Source: Thermoanaerobaculia bacterium (GTDB taxonomy: Bacteria > Acidobacteriota > Thermoanaerobaculia > UBA5066). Taken from it: a stretch of 64,000 nt of DNA. The first letter of the stretch is position 1. Each line of letters begins with the position of its first letter. The position numbers and the translations under genes are program-made. Where the stretch lies: contig CAWFJJ010000008.1 of the NCBI GenBank assembly GCA_963816185.1, positions 192,001-256,000 of the forward strand, in the 5' to 3' direction. Positions 31,764-41,084 of the stretch are shown here, piece by piece. The notes below the pieces were generated by a model. The model was given only the letters and a program-made list of their open reading frames with translations. It was not told where the DNA came from and did not search any database.

Positions 31764-32110
31764 TCAGGCTCCCAGGTACTCGACGTGCACGTACGTTCCG
31801 AGTCTCACGTTGTAAGCCAGGTACCAGCCCGCGTGATCGGGATCTTCGTAGATCACGATCTCGTCGCTGTCCCAGAGCCAGTCGTCGCAGGACGGGTAGT
31901 CGAATACGGCGACCGCCCGGGTTGGTCGCGAAACTGGGGGCGCTCGGCGGCGGGCCTTGCGGCAGGCGACCGGAGAGCGGCCTTGATTGGGCCGTGCGCG
32001 GGGATGTGCCCGCTCCCCGCGCGAGTGCCTCCGTGGTGCTCGTCCTTCTGCGCCAGCGCCAGGAGCGAAGTGACCATGGCGATCAGGAAATAAACGGGGA
32101 GCTTTTTCAT
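31764..32110 (-). pseudogene. Small exported protein, frameshifted or internally deleted near 31915
   Basis: Signal peptide [11 protein letters not shown] with GGAGG RBS in one frame; aromatic C-terminus [33 protein letters not shown] in another. Confidence 0.6.
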
Positions 32111-32196
32111 GGAGACCTCCCTTGATGTCTTTTCCTTCAAGGAACGTGCCGAAGTGCCGCTCCGCGCTCACAGCGCTCGGAGATGCCGACCCGTGG

Positions 32197-32436
32197 TCAG
32201 ACCCGCTTGATGAGCCTCACGAGCGCGACGAGAACGACGGCTCCGATGAGCCGGACGAGAAATTCGCCCAGGAGGCCGCCTGCCATGAAGAAACGGCCGA
32301 GGAGAAATCCTCCGAGCCAGCCCCCCACGATCCCCAGCAGGATGTCTCCAAGAAGACCATAGCCTCCGCCCTTCATGATCTGTCCGGTCGCCCAGCCCGC
32401 GAGCGCGCAAAGCGCGAGTTCCACGATCAGCCACAT
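32197..32436 (-). CDS. GlsB/YeaQ/YmgE (transglycosylase-associated) small membrane protein
   Basis: AGW..G.IM.G.G.GL.GDI.LGIVG pattern. Confidence 0.88.
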   Translation of the reverse strand: MWLIVELALCALAGWATGQIMKGGGYGLLGDILLGIVGGWLGGFLLGRFFMAGGLLGEFLVRLIGAVVLVALVRLIKRV

Positions 32437-32494
32437 GACGGCGTCCTCCCGTGCGCGGAATCCTATCCCTCGTTCCTGTTACATTCCCGCCCCC

Positions 32495-34174
32495 ATGGCC
32501 GAGCAGTACATCTTCACGATGCAGAACCTGAGGAAGGTCGTCCCGCCGCAGCGGGAGATCCTCCGGGGCATTTACCTGTCTTTCTTTCCGGGCGCCAAGA
32601 TCGGCATCCTCGGGCTCAACGGCGCGGGCAAGTCGACCGTCCTTCGCATCATGGCGGGCCTCGACAAGGAGTTCACGGGCGAGGCATACCCGGCCGAAGG
32701 GATACGCATCGGTCACCTCTCGCAGGACCCGCAGCTCGATCCGAGGAAAACGGTGCTCGAGAACGTCGAGGACGGCGTCAAGGCCGTGAAGGATCTGCTC
32801 CGGCGCTTCGACGAGCTCGGCGAAAAGATGGGCGAGAACCTGCCTGAAGGCGAGATGGACAAGGTCATGGCCGAGTACGGGAAAGTGCAGGACGCCATCG
32901 AGGCCGCGAACGGCTGGGAGCTCGACCGGACGCTCGAGAATGCGATGGACGCGCTACGCTGCCCGCCGCCGGATGCGGACGTCACGAAGATCTCCGGGGG
33001 CGAGAGACGGCGCGTGGCTCTGTGCCGGCTCCTCCTCGAGAAGAACGACATGCTCCTTCTCGACGAGCCCACGAACCATCTCGACGCCGAGTCGGTCGCG
33101 TGGCTCGAGCAATTTCTCAAGGACTTCCCGGGCACGGTCGTGGCCGTCACGCACGACCGTTATTTCCTCGACAACGTCGCGGGGTGGATTCTCGAGCTCG
33201 ACCGCGGCGCGGGCATCCCCTGGAAGGGCAACTACTCCTCCTGGCTCGAGCAGAAGGAAGCCCGCCTCGAGATCGAGGAGAAGGCCGAGAGCGCGCGTCA
33301 GAGAGCGCTCAAACGCGAGCTGGAGTGGGTGCGCTTGTCGCCCCGGGCCCGGCAGGCGAAGAGCAAGGCTCGCCTGCAAGCGTACGAGCAGCTCGTTTCC
33401 GAGAGCGGCGTCGAAGCCCGTGGCGAGACGAACGAGATCTACATTCCGCCGGGACCCCGCCTCGGGGACGTCGTCGTGAGGGCCGAGGGCGTGAAGAAGT
33501 CCTTCGGCGACAAGCTGCTCTTCGAGGACCTGAATTTCGACCTGCCGAAGGGCGGCATCGTCGGCATCATCGGGCCGAACGGCGCGGGGAAGACGACGCT
33601 CTTCAAGATGATCATGGGATTCGAGAAAGCCGATGCCGGAGTGCTCCAGATCGGCGAGACCGTCGTCCCGAGCTATGTCGACCAGAATCGCGAGAGGCCC
33701 GACGCGAAAAAGACGGTGCACGACGAGCTGTCCGGCGGCCAGGACCTCGTCCTCCTCGGCAAGCGCGAGATGCCGAGCCGAGCCTTCTGTGCGATGTACA
33801 ACTTCAAGGGCGCCGACCAGCAGAAGCTCGTCGCGAACCTCTCGGGCGGCGAGATGAACCGCCTTCACCTCGCCCGCACGCTGAAGAAGGGCGGAAATCT
33901 CCTGCTCCTCGACGAGCCCACGAACGACCTCGACGTCGACACGCTGCGCGCCCTCGAAGAAGCGCTCCTCGCCTTCGGCGGGTGCGCCGTCGTGATCAGC
34001 CACGACCGCTGGTTCCTCGACCGCGTCGCGACGCACATGCTCGCCTTCGAGAGCGACAGCAAGGTCGTCTGGTACGAGGGCAACTATCAGGACTACGAAG
34101 CCGACCGGCACAGGAGGCTCGGCGTCGAGGCAGACCGCCCGCACCGGATCAGGTACCGCAAGTTGACGGGGTGA
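32495..34174 (+). CDS. ettA: Energy-dependent translational throttle protein EttA (ABC-F)
   Basis: [10 protein letters not shown], two Walker A motifs, [21 protein letters not shown]. Confidence 0.96.
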   Translation: MAEQYIFTMQNLRKVVPPQREILRGIYLSFFPGAKIGILGLNGAGKSTVLRIMAGLDKEFTGEAYPAEGIRIGHLSQDPQLDPRKTVLENVEDGVKAVKDLLRRFDELGEKMGENLPEGEMDKVMAEYGKVQDAIEAANGWELDRTLENAMDALRCPPPDADVTKISGGERRRVALCRLLLEKNDMLLLDEPTNHLDAESVAWLEQFLKDFPGTVVAVTHDRYFLDNVAGWILELDRGAGIPWKGNYSSWLEQKEARLEIEEKAESARQRALKRELEWVRLSPRARQAKSKARLQAYEQLVSESGVEARGETNEIYIPPGPRLGDVVVRAEGVKKSFGDKLLFEDLNFDLPKGGIVGIIGPNGAGKTTLFKMIMGFEKADAGVLQIGETVVPSYVDQNRERPDAKKTVHDELSGGQDLVLLGKREMPSRAFCAMYNFKGADQQKLVANLSGGEMNRLHLARTLKKGGNLLLLDEPTNDLDVDTLRALEEALLAFGGCAVVISHDRWFLDRVATHMLAFESDSKVVWYEGNYQDYEADRHRRLGVEADRPHRIRYRKLTG

Positions 34175-34185
34175 AAGGCCCGGCT

Positions 34186-34329
34186 CTACTTCGGCACCGC
34201 GAGATTCGGGAAACGGGCTCGCTCGGCGGCAGACCAGTCCACGAGGCCCGCCGAGTCGCGCTTCGTCCAGAACGCGCGCTCGGCCGCTTCAGTGCGAAAG
34301 GCCGGGATCTTCTTTTTCTTCCTGCTCAT
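34186..34329 (-). pseudogene. Truncated CopG/BrnA-type antitoxin (47 aa, lacks RHH C-terminus)
   Basis: MSRKKKKIPAFRTEAAERAFWTKRDSAGLVDWSAAERARFPNL..*; below the ORF-track cutoff. Confidence 0.7.
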
Positions 34330-34356
34330 GGCGCTTACTTTCTCGCCGGCTCAAGT

Positions 34357-35733
34357 CTACTCGGTTCGAACCAGGTGCCCTCTCCGTCCCCAGCATTTCG
34401 ATCCGTCGGGCGTCTTGTGGGCGCGCAGTGCCGAGTCGTTCTTCGAGTGTCGAAGCAGTTTCTGACAGTTCACGCATTCGAAGACGTATATGGGGTGGCT
34501 CCCCGAGCGTCGAGCCCTGGAGCCGAATATTGTTCGGGCTACGGGTGGCGCGCTGATAGCGCCCACCGGACTGAACTCGATCGGATGGCGCGGCGTGAAC
34601 GTCATCGAGGTGACTCGCAGGCCGCCGATCTTCTGGACGCTGAAGGCTTTGATGTTGGGTGAACTGACCTCCCATGCATAGAGAAGAAGGTTCCCATTGC
34701 GCGCGCGCCGGAGCGAGTAAGGCTCCGCTCGGCGGTGCTTGCCGTCATACGTGAATTCGACGAGAAGATGATTGATGCCAGCATACCGGGCCGTTTCGAG
34801 CGGAACGCCGAGGCCCCAATACGTTACGCCGGCGGGTGCGACGAGCGGCTCCCTGGACGCTGCAACGGCAGGAAGCGCCGGAGCGACCACCACGGGTGCA
34901 TCGATCCAGCGCAGCGCAGCCTCGAGGCGCGAGAGGTGTCCCTCGAAGGGCGGGAGGCTTGGAAGCTGATGTCCGAGCATGTTCTCCCACTCCGACCTCA
35001 GCTCTCCAGTCGATCGAACGACAGCCAGCAATTCCGCGGAAGACGGGGGCGCCACGCTCTTCGCCTCGCACTTCCGGCGGAAGAGGCCTCGAGTCTCGTC
35101 GAGATCGAAGTCGGCGGCCCTGCTTTCAAGGATGAAAACGACGTCATAGAGGTCGCGTGGGCGAGTACGTTCGAGAAGCGCCCGTGTCTTCTCGGCGAGC
35201 AGCTCTTCCAGGTAGTAGGCCTGAACTGTAGTGCCCTCAGGAAGCTGATCTGGATACGGATGGAAGACAGGACGGCTCTCGGGCTCTCCGAGCACCGGTT
35301 CGTGTCGGGTGAGGTCGAATAGGATGCGCGGAGTGCTGACGATCGCAAGGGGTCCGCGGTAGCCGATTTTTCCCTCAAAAGTCTCGCGACCGAGCTTGTC
35401 TTTGCGGGTTCTGACGCTGACGACGTCCGGCGGGAAGACGACGCCGCTCAACTCCTGTGCGATCCCGACGGCCTCAACCAGAATTTGCCGCAGGCCTTCG
35501 ACTTCGTAGACGGCCTCTGGAAGTAGCGTGAAGTCGAGGTCTTCCGAGAACCGATACGTTTCGAAGTAGCACTTCTTCAGGCACGTACCGCCTTTGAAGA
35601 TCCATTGCGTCGATGTCTCAGAGTGCTGAGCGATGGCGGCGAGCATCCAGCCGAGAACGTAGTCTTTCTCGACGACACCCGGCGTCAGCTGCCATTCCGC
35701 GGCTCTGTCGAGAATGTCCTGCTTGCTGATCAC
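34357..35733 (-). CDS. AbiEii-family nucleotidyltransferase toxin fused to a WYL domain and C-terminal Zn finger
   Basis: VEKDY, FKGGTCLKK.Y...YRFSEDLDF, AEK.RA..R.RPRDLYD; FTY...R.AEPYSL...LLYA...KAF...KI; CVNC..H..C. Confidence 0.88.
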   Translation of the reverse strand: MISKQDILDRAAEWQLTPGVVEKDYVLGWMLAAIAQHSETSTQWIFKGGTCLKKCYFETYRFSEDLDFTLLPEAVYEVEGLRQILVEAVGIAQELSGVVFPPDVVSVRTRKDKLGRETFEGKIGYRGPLAIVSTPRILFDLTRHEPVLGEPESRPVFHPYPDQLPEGTTVQAYYLEELLAEKTRALLERTRPRDLYDVVFILESRAADFDLDETRGLFRRKCEAKSVAPPSSAELLAVVRSTGELRSEWENMLGHQLPSLPPFEGHLSRLEAALRWIDAPVVVAPALPAVAASREPLVAPAGVTYWGLGVPLETARYAGINHLLVEFTYDGKHRRAEPYSLRRARNGNLLLYAWEVSSPNIKAFSVQKIGGLRVTSMTFTPRHPIEFSPVGAISAPPVARTIFGSRARRSGSHPIYVFECVNCQKLLRHSKNDSALRAHKTPDGSKCWGRRGHLVRTE

Positions 35734-36542
35734 GTGTCTTCCGGTGATGTGTCGAGCCGGACGTTCAACCAGAGCCCCCAGCGCTTGCTGAGCCGGCCAC
35801 ATTCACCCACGTCGGGGTCGAGCTTCACGATGCCGGCCGTGAGGCGGGTGCGGGCCGCCGCCACGAGCGCGGGCTCGGCGGGGAGGATGGTTTCCGCCAG
35901 GTAGCCCAGGCGCTTGAAGGCGGCACCGGAGCCGACCTCGCCGACCCGCTCGAAAAGCCGATTCGGGTTCCACTCCTTCGCCATGTGATAAGTGCGGAGG
36001 ATCTCTGCGAGATGGCGGATTCCTCCCACCCACGAGGGCGACGCGAGAGCGTCAGCGATCGTGCGCTCGCGGTCGGAGACGGCGATGCGTTCGCGGCCCC
36101 GCCAGATCGGGCGAACGTTCTCGACTCGCGACCTCTTCGTGCGGACGAGGTGAAACTCGGCGCCGAGAAACGTCTCACTTGCGTGGCGGATTGCAGCGGC
36201 GGTGACGACAAACGTCGAACGGAAGAGCTGCTCGGTAAGCCCCCAGTGTTCCGCGGCGGTCCAACCGCCGATGTAACACGGCGCATACAGCTCGCGCGCG
36301 AGACTCCACGGATCCTCGACCGCGCCCCCTTCGCGGCCCGCTTCGAGTGGCAGCACGAGGTAGAGCCCACGGCGAACCCGCACGAGCCAGCCTTGCCGCA
36401 CCAGCCGTGAGAGCATCGCCGACGCTTCCGCTGGCGGTTGGCGCAGAAGCGCCGCACCTCGCGCGGTGGTCACGAGCCCTCCTCGTGCCCCCCGGGCTAG
36501 TAAGCGGAGCTTCTCTTTAGGGACTGGGCTCTTCTTTGTCAT
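35730..36542 (-). CDS. AbiEi-family type IV antitoxin (wHTH regulator)
   Basis: LSRLVRQGWLVRVRRGLY, YIGGWTAAEHWGLTEQ, SDRERT..D, KRLGYL; GTGA overlap with toxin. Confidence 0.9.
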   Translation of the reverse strand: MTKKSPVPKEKLRLLARGARGGLVTTARGAALLRQPPAEASAMLSRLVRQGWLVRVRRGLYLVLPLEAGREGGAVEDPWSLARELYAPCYIGGWTAAEHWGLTEQLFRSTFVVTAAAIRHASETFLGAEFHLVRTKRSRVENVRPIWRGRERIAVSDRERTIADALASPSWVGGIRHLAEILRTYHMAKEWNPNRLFERVGEVGSGAAFKRLGYLAETILPAEPALVAAARTRLTAGIVKLDPDVGECGRLSKRWGLWLNVRLDTSPEDT

Positions 36543-36545
36543 CGC

Positions 36546-36606
36546 AGGTATAGTATACGCGTAGAAACAAACGTTCTTAGCTATTTACTACACTCTCACT
36601 ATACCT
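36546..36606. promoter_or_regulatory. Imperfect inverted repeat, probable AbiEi autoregulatory operator
   Basis: AGGTATAGTatacgcGTAG-AAA versus reverse complement AGGTATAGTgagagtGTAGtAAA in the AT-rich upstream region. Confidence 0.7.
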
Positions 36607-36703
36607 CAATATTGATGCAGGCGACGGAGGCTTTTCCCTGACGACGCTGGGCCTCCCTTCACAGTCACCAATTCGAAAAGCCGCCCACGCGCCGTCTCTC
36701 GGC

Positions 36704-37933
36704 TCATTGCTGTCCAGGAACGTCGAACGCGAGCACAGCGACATAAAGCCGTCGGGCAGGATCGCTCGGCATGCGGAAGAGATAACGGAGGTTCGCCGAA
36801 TCCTTATGCGTCAGCGTCGATACGAAGCAGGGGTGTCTCTCTACTGCTTCTCTTAGTGATGCGAGCATCGTCGAGAAACCCTTATTCCGATTGAAGACGA
36901 GCAGGGCGGTCTTCGTGTCTCGCCACGTGACGTAACCGAGGAGCTGGTCGATAGCCTCGGACGTCGCCTTTTCGCCATGCCAGAACTTGCACTCAGCGAT
37001 GAAGACGTTCTGGTTGTTCTCACGGATCAGAATGTCGGTCTTGCCTGCCGCGTTGAACGTCTCCCCTGTCGCCCGCCCTTCGTATTGTCCGTTGAGCTGG
37101 ACGAGAAAATGTGATCGGAGGTCCTCTTCTCCGCACGCTGCAAAGACTTTTGGACTACGTTCGATGACACGCACCATGCTCCCGACGATTCGGAGGATCT
37201 CTTCGTACTCCTCCTGCGGAAGCGTTGGGTCGAGCGGAGCCGCGTCGTCGTGTCCGGAACGCTCCAGCGTAACTGATCGCCTCTTTACCGAAACCGCGTA
37301 GGTCGTCGGCGCATCAGGCCTCTTCTTGAGCGGAATTCCAAGAGCGGTGACCATGTCCGCCTGTTTCCGCAGACGCTCCTTTCGAGCCTGCAGGCGCTGC
37401 AGAATGTTGGAAGCCAGGCTATGGTTGTAGCCGCCAACCGAGTCTTCCAGTCGCGCCAAGTACGCCTTGATTGAGGTAATGGTGGTGGCTAGTTCCCGCG
37501 TCACGACCTGAGCGTCTGGCGTGGTCTGAATGAAGGTGAAGCGTAGCTCCTGCCCGACGACCTCCGCATGCGGTGGCATCGAATCGTAACTTGAGGGCCT
37601 GACTTCGAAGAGCTGGGGGTTGCCCCGAAAGGGAACCGCCACAATTAGGCGGTGGCCAGGAACGAACAAAGGCTCACTTCGATCGTGAAGGAAGCGATTA
37701 GGATCGTAACGAACGTCTACTGGCGTCTCGCCTTCGTCGACGATGTATTGAGAGCCCTCTTCAACGACCGGAACATCGATCTTTAGATCAAACATCAATG
37801 CCGCGACAAGATCGTCCTCTCGTTCGCGAAGAAGTCGAGTCGAAGACAGTTCGTCGACGCGCTTCCGCATCTCGCCCTGTAACCCTTCCAAGACTCCGTG
37901 TACATCGAGCCTCATGAACAGTACATCGCTCAT
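36704..37933 (-). CDS. Hypothetical protein with C-terminal PD-(D/E)XK nuclease-like domain
   Basis: EEDLR...GETFN..GKTDILI...FIAECKFW...DQLLGY; atypical codon usage. Confidence 0.75.
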   Translation of the reverse strand: MSDVLFMRLDVHGVLEGLQGEMRKRVDELSSTRLLREREDDLVAALMFDLKIDVPVVEEGSQYIVDEGETPVDVRYDPNRFLHDRSEPLFVPGHRLIVAVPFRGNPQLFEVRPSSYDSMPPHAEVVGQELRFTFIQTTPDAQVVTRELATTITSIKAYLARLEDSVGGYNHSLASNILQRLQARKERLRKQADMVTALGIPLKKRPDAPTTYAVSVKRRSVTLERSGHDDAAPLDPTLPQEEYEEILRIVGSMVRVIERSPKVFAACGEEDLRSHFLVQLNGQYEGRATGETFNAAGKTDILIRENNQNVFIAECKFWHGEKATSEAIDQLLGYVTWRDTKTALLVFNRNKGFSTMLASLREAVERHPCFVSTLTHKDSANLRYLFRMPSDPARRLYVAVLAFDVPGQQ

Positions 37934-38151
37934 GAGGAAACGATACGCCGTGCTGAAGAAGCGGGGCGAGTGAGTGACTGCCCACAACGGCTCGGCCTTG
38001 AACGCATTGTCGAGAATCGAGAGCGGGAGGGCTTCTAACCGCGCCACCCGCCTCTTTTGCAATAAGCCGAGAGAAGTTCCGCCCTCTATCTGCGCTAGGC
38101 TTGTCGGTGCCTAGATAGGGATTCACAACAATCCCCGCTGAGCGGCCTGAC

Positions 38152-38943
38152 ATGCTCCCGGCCTCACCCTTCCTCTTCCACCTCCGCCGCGAGCTGAAGC
38201 GGGTCGCAGCGGCGGCGAACGCGCCGGCGATGCAGGCATACATGAAATCCGACATGCCGTACCACGGCGTTGCAGCCGTGGCGATGCGCGCCGTTTGCCG
38301 CAGGGTCTTCGCGGGGCATCCGATCACATCCGCCGAGGCGTGGCGGCGCGACACGCTCGCCCTCTGGGACGGCGCTACGCACCGCGAGGAGCGCTACGCC
38401 GCGATCGAGTGGACCGGCGACCGGCGTGCCCGCGGGTTCCAGACCCTCGAGGCATTGCCGATGTACGAGCACATGATCGTGACCGGCGCGTGGTGGGACA
38501 CCGTCGATGCGCTCGCGAAGCTCAGGCTGGGCGAATTACTCCGCCGCGAGCCGAAGAAGATGCGCTCGAGGATGCTCGCCTGGAGCGTGGACGCGAACAT
38601 CTGGAAGAGGCGCTCGGCGATTCTCTGCCAGCTGGCCTTCAAGGAAAATACCGACCTGCCGCTCCTCTACGCCTGCATCGAGCCTTCTCTCGAGCCAAAT
38701 CTCAGGCGCGGGGCCCTGCGAGGCCGGAATCTTTCGGCGACGGACCTATTCTTTCTCCGCAAGGCGATCGGATGGGCGCTCCGGCAATACGCGTGGACGG
38801 ACCCGAAAGAGATCGCCCGCTTCGTCAGGAGGAGAGTCGACGCGCTGAGCGGCCTGAGCCGCCGCGAGGCCCTGAAGAACGTTCAGGGCGCAAGCGCCAT
38901 GACGGCGAACGTGGCGCCTTCGCGATCGGTCAGGAAGGCGTAG
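38152..38943 (+). CDS. DNA alkylation repair protein (AlkD family)
   Basis: MQAYMKS, REERY.A, WWDTVD, W.RRSA, FFLRKAIGWALR. Confidence 0.9.
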   Translation: MLPASPFLFHLRRELKRVAAAANAPAMQAYMKSDMPYHGVAAVAMRAVCRRVFAGHPITSAEAWRRDTLALWDGATHREERYAAIEWTGDRRARGFQTLEALPMYEHMIVTGAWWDTVDALAKLRLGELLRREPKKMRSRMLAWSVDANIWKRRSAILCQLAFKENTDLPLLYACIEPSLEPNLRRGALRGRNLSATDLFFLRKAIGWALRQYAWTDPKEIARFVRRRVDALSGLSRREALKNVQGASAMTANVAPSRSVRKA

Positions 38944-39665
38944 CGTCCCACCTTCTCGATGTCGTCAGGCCCCCTGAAGATGCGCGCTCCGAGCGCCCGC
39001 GCCTTCGCCACGGCTGCGTCGCAGTCGGCCACCCGGAAATAGACTCCCCATGCCGGCTCGGCGGGAGACCGAGTTTTCTCGATCTCCATCATCCCGCCCG
39101 CGGGCCGCGGCCCTTTCCAAAGCTCCGTGTAGGCGCCTTCGCCCGTCTCCTGTTTCTTCAGCGCCCAGCCGAAGAGGCTCGCATAGAAGTGGCCCGCCGC
39201 GACCGTATCGGTCGTCAGGAGCTCGGTCCAGCACAGCGTGCCGATCTCGCCGACGATCTGCGCGCCCGGATGCACGCGAGCCTCCCACAGACACAACGTC
39301 GCGCCCTGCGGGTCCTTCACGATCACCATGCGCCCGTTCTTCCCGACGTCGAAGGGCGACCCGAAGGTCGTTCCCCCGAGAGCCTTCACGCGCGTGGCGC
39401 TCTCGTCGGCGCTCGCGACGGCTGCGTAGGAGTTCCAGCGAGCCGGAACGCCGCGCTCACGCTGCGAGGGCTGGAGAACGTAGAGAGCGGCCACGTCCCT
39501 GCCGGCGAGCCGCGCAACCGTGTATGTCGTGCCGGATGCAGCGGCCTGGTCGTCGAAAACCCACCCGAAAAGGCCGCCGTACAGAGCCTTCGCCGAATCC
39601 GCATCGGTCGTGGCGAGCTCCGGCCAGCAGAACGTGCCGGGCTCGTGCCGGACGATCTCGCGCAT
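38883..39665 (-). CDS. VOC/glyoxalase-family protein, two domains
   Basis: W.EL.TTD....FY..LFGW twice; DPQGA. Confidence 0.9.
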   Translation of the reverse strand: MREIVRHEPGTFCWPELATTDADSAKALYGGLFGWVFDDQAAASGTTYTVARLAGRDVAALYVLQPSQRERGVPARWNSYAAVASADESATRVKALGGTTFGSPFDVGKNGRMVIVKDPQGATLCLWEARVHPGAQIVGEIGTLCWTELLTTDTVAAGHFYASLFGWALKKQETGEGAYTELWKGPRPAGGMMEIEKTRSPAEPAWGVYFRVADCDAAVAKARALGARIFRGPDDIEKVGRYAFLTDREGATFAVMALAP

Positions 39666-39721
39666 CGGCCACCTCCGCGGGGCTGCCTCATCATACGGTC
39701 GCCGGATCTCGCGGGGAAAGG

Positions 39722-40621
39722 TCAGGAGCCGGGAAGCGCGCGAAGCTCGCGAAAAAAGGCCTTCACGAGAGCAGACGCGACGTGCGCGCGATAGGCCGCC
39801 GTCGAGCGGATGTCGTCGATCGGGGCGATGTCGCGCCGGGTCGCCGCGTCGAGCTCCTCCTCGGAGACCGAGGCGAGATTCGGCGCGAGGGCGAGCGCGC
39901 GCACCGTCGGAAGGGACGCCGTCACGGGCGCGACCGACGCCATGCCGAATCCGGCACGAACGCCACGGCCTCTCTCGAGCTCGGCGACCGCGGCCAGGGC
40001 GACCTTCGAGATCGCCTGCGCCGCGCGCGTGCCCACCTTCCGCCAGATCTGGTGGGCGCCGGTGCGGGGGAGGACGAACTCCACCCGGACGATCACCTCG
40101 TCCTCGGCCCGCCGCGTCGCGCGGTAGCCCGTGAAGAACTGGGTGAGCGCCACCCGCCGCTCGCCGTGAACGCTCGCGAGGACGACGTCGGCCTCGAGGG
40201 CCATGAGGGCTGCCGCCCCGTCGGCCGCGGGAGACGCGGTCGCGAGATTGCCGCCCAGCGTCCCGCGCGCCTGGATCTGAACGGCGCCCACCTCGCGCGC
40301 CATGGCCGTCAGAACCGGCGCGCGCCTGAGGAGCACGGAATGGCTCCGGATCTCGAGGAAGGTGGCGGCCGCGCCGATCGCCGCACGCTCTCTCGCGACC
40401 TGGATGCCGCGCAGCTCGGGCAGGCGGGAGATGTCGAGCACGAGCGGCAGGTCGTCCGGGTCCTCCGGCGGCGCGAGGCCGCGCTCCACGATCCAGTCGG
40501 TTCCCCCGGCGAGGAGAACGGTCTTCTCCCGGCGACCCGCGCGGGCCGAAAGCGTGCGGCAGAGCTCGGCGAGCGTGGCCGGGCGTTCGAACGGGTAGAG
40601 CGCGAGCTCAGCCGGATTCAC
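39722..40621 (-). CDS. Xanthine dehydrogenase family FAD-binding subunit
   Basis: LAGGTD, QIQARGTLGGN, SPAAD, PIDDIRSTA.YR. Confidence 0.9.
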   Translation of the reverse strand: MNPAELALYPFERPATLAELCRTLSARAGRREKTVLLAGGTDWIVERGLAPPEDPDDLPLVLDISRLPELRGIQVARERAAIGAAATFLEIRSHSVLLRRAPVLTAMAREVGAVQIQARGTLGGNLATASPAADGAAALMALEADVVLASVHGERRVALTQFFTGYRATRRAEDEVIVRVEFVLPRTGAHQIWRKVGTRAAQAISKVALAAVAELERGRGVRAGFGMASVAPVTASLPTVRALALAPNLASVSEEELDAATRRDIAPIDDIRSTAAYRAHVASALVKAFFRELRALPGS

Positions 40622-41084
40622 GCGAGGCCAGCTCCTTGGCGGCGTGCCGGATCGATTCGACGATGCGCTGGTATCCGGTGCAGCGGCAGACGTTGCCCGC
40701 GATGCTCTCGCGGATCTCGCCCTCGCCGGGCTGCGGGTTCGCAGTGAGCAGCGCGTGCGCGGCCATGAGAAAGCCGGGCGTGCAGATGCCGCACTGCGTG
40801 CCGCCCTCTTTCACGAACGCGTCCTGCAGCTCGGAGAGCACGTCCTTCGTTCCGAGCCCCTCGACCGTCAGCACCGTACGCCCGTCGCATTGGCCGGCCA
40901 CGACGAGACAGGCGTTCACGGGGACGCCGTCGAGCAGCACCGTGCACGCGCCGCACTCCCCTTCGCCGCAGCCCTCCTTCGTCCCCGTGAGGCCGAGGGG
41001 GCCGCGCAGGAGGTCGATGAGACGCGCGAGAGGAGGCGCGTCGAGCTCGCGCTTCCTGCCGTTGAGGACGAACGCGATCCTCAC
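40608..41084 (-). CDS. Xanthine dehydrogenase family 2Fe-2S subunit
   Basis: GTKEGCGEGECGAC, QCGICTPG, GNVCRCTGY. Confidence 0.93.
   Translation of the reverse strand: MRIAFVLNGRKRELDAPPLARLIDLLRGPLGLTGTKEGCGEGECGACTVLLDGVPVNACLVVAGQCDGRTVLTVEGLGTKDVLSELQDAFVKEGGTQCGICTPGFLMAAHALLTANPQPGEGEIRESIAGNVCRCTGYQRIVESIRHAAKELASRESG

Noticed and set aside
38030-38125. Possible integron attC site (TTCTAAC plus hairpin CTAGGC/GCCTAG) at the islet edge
   Set aside because: No complementary GTTRRRY core at a matching position and no integron integrase in the window.
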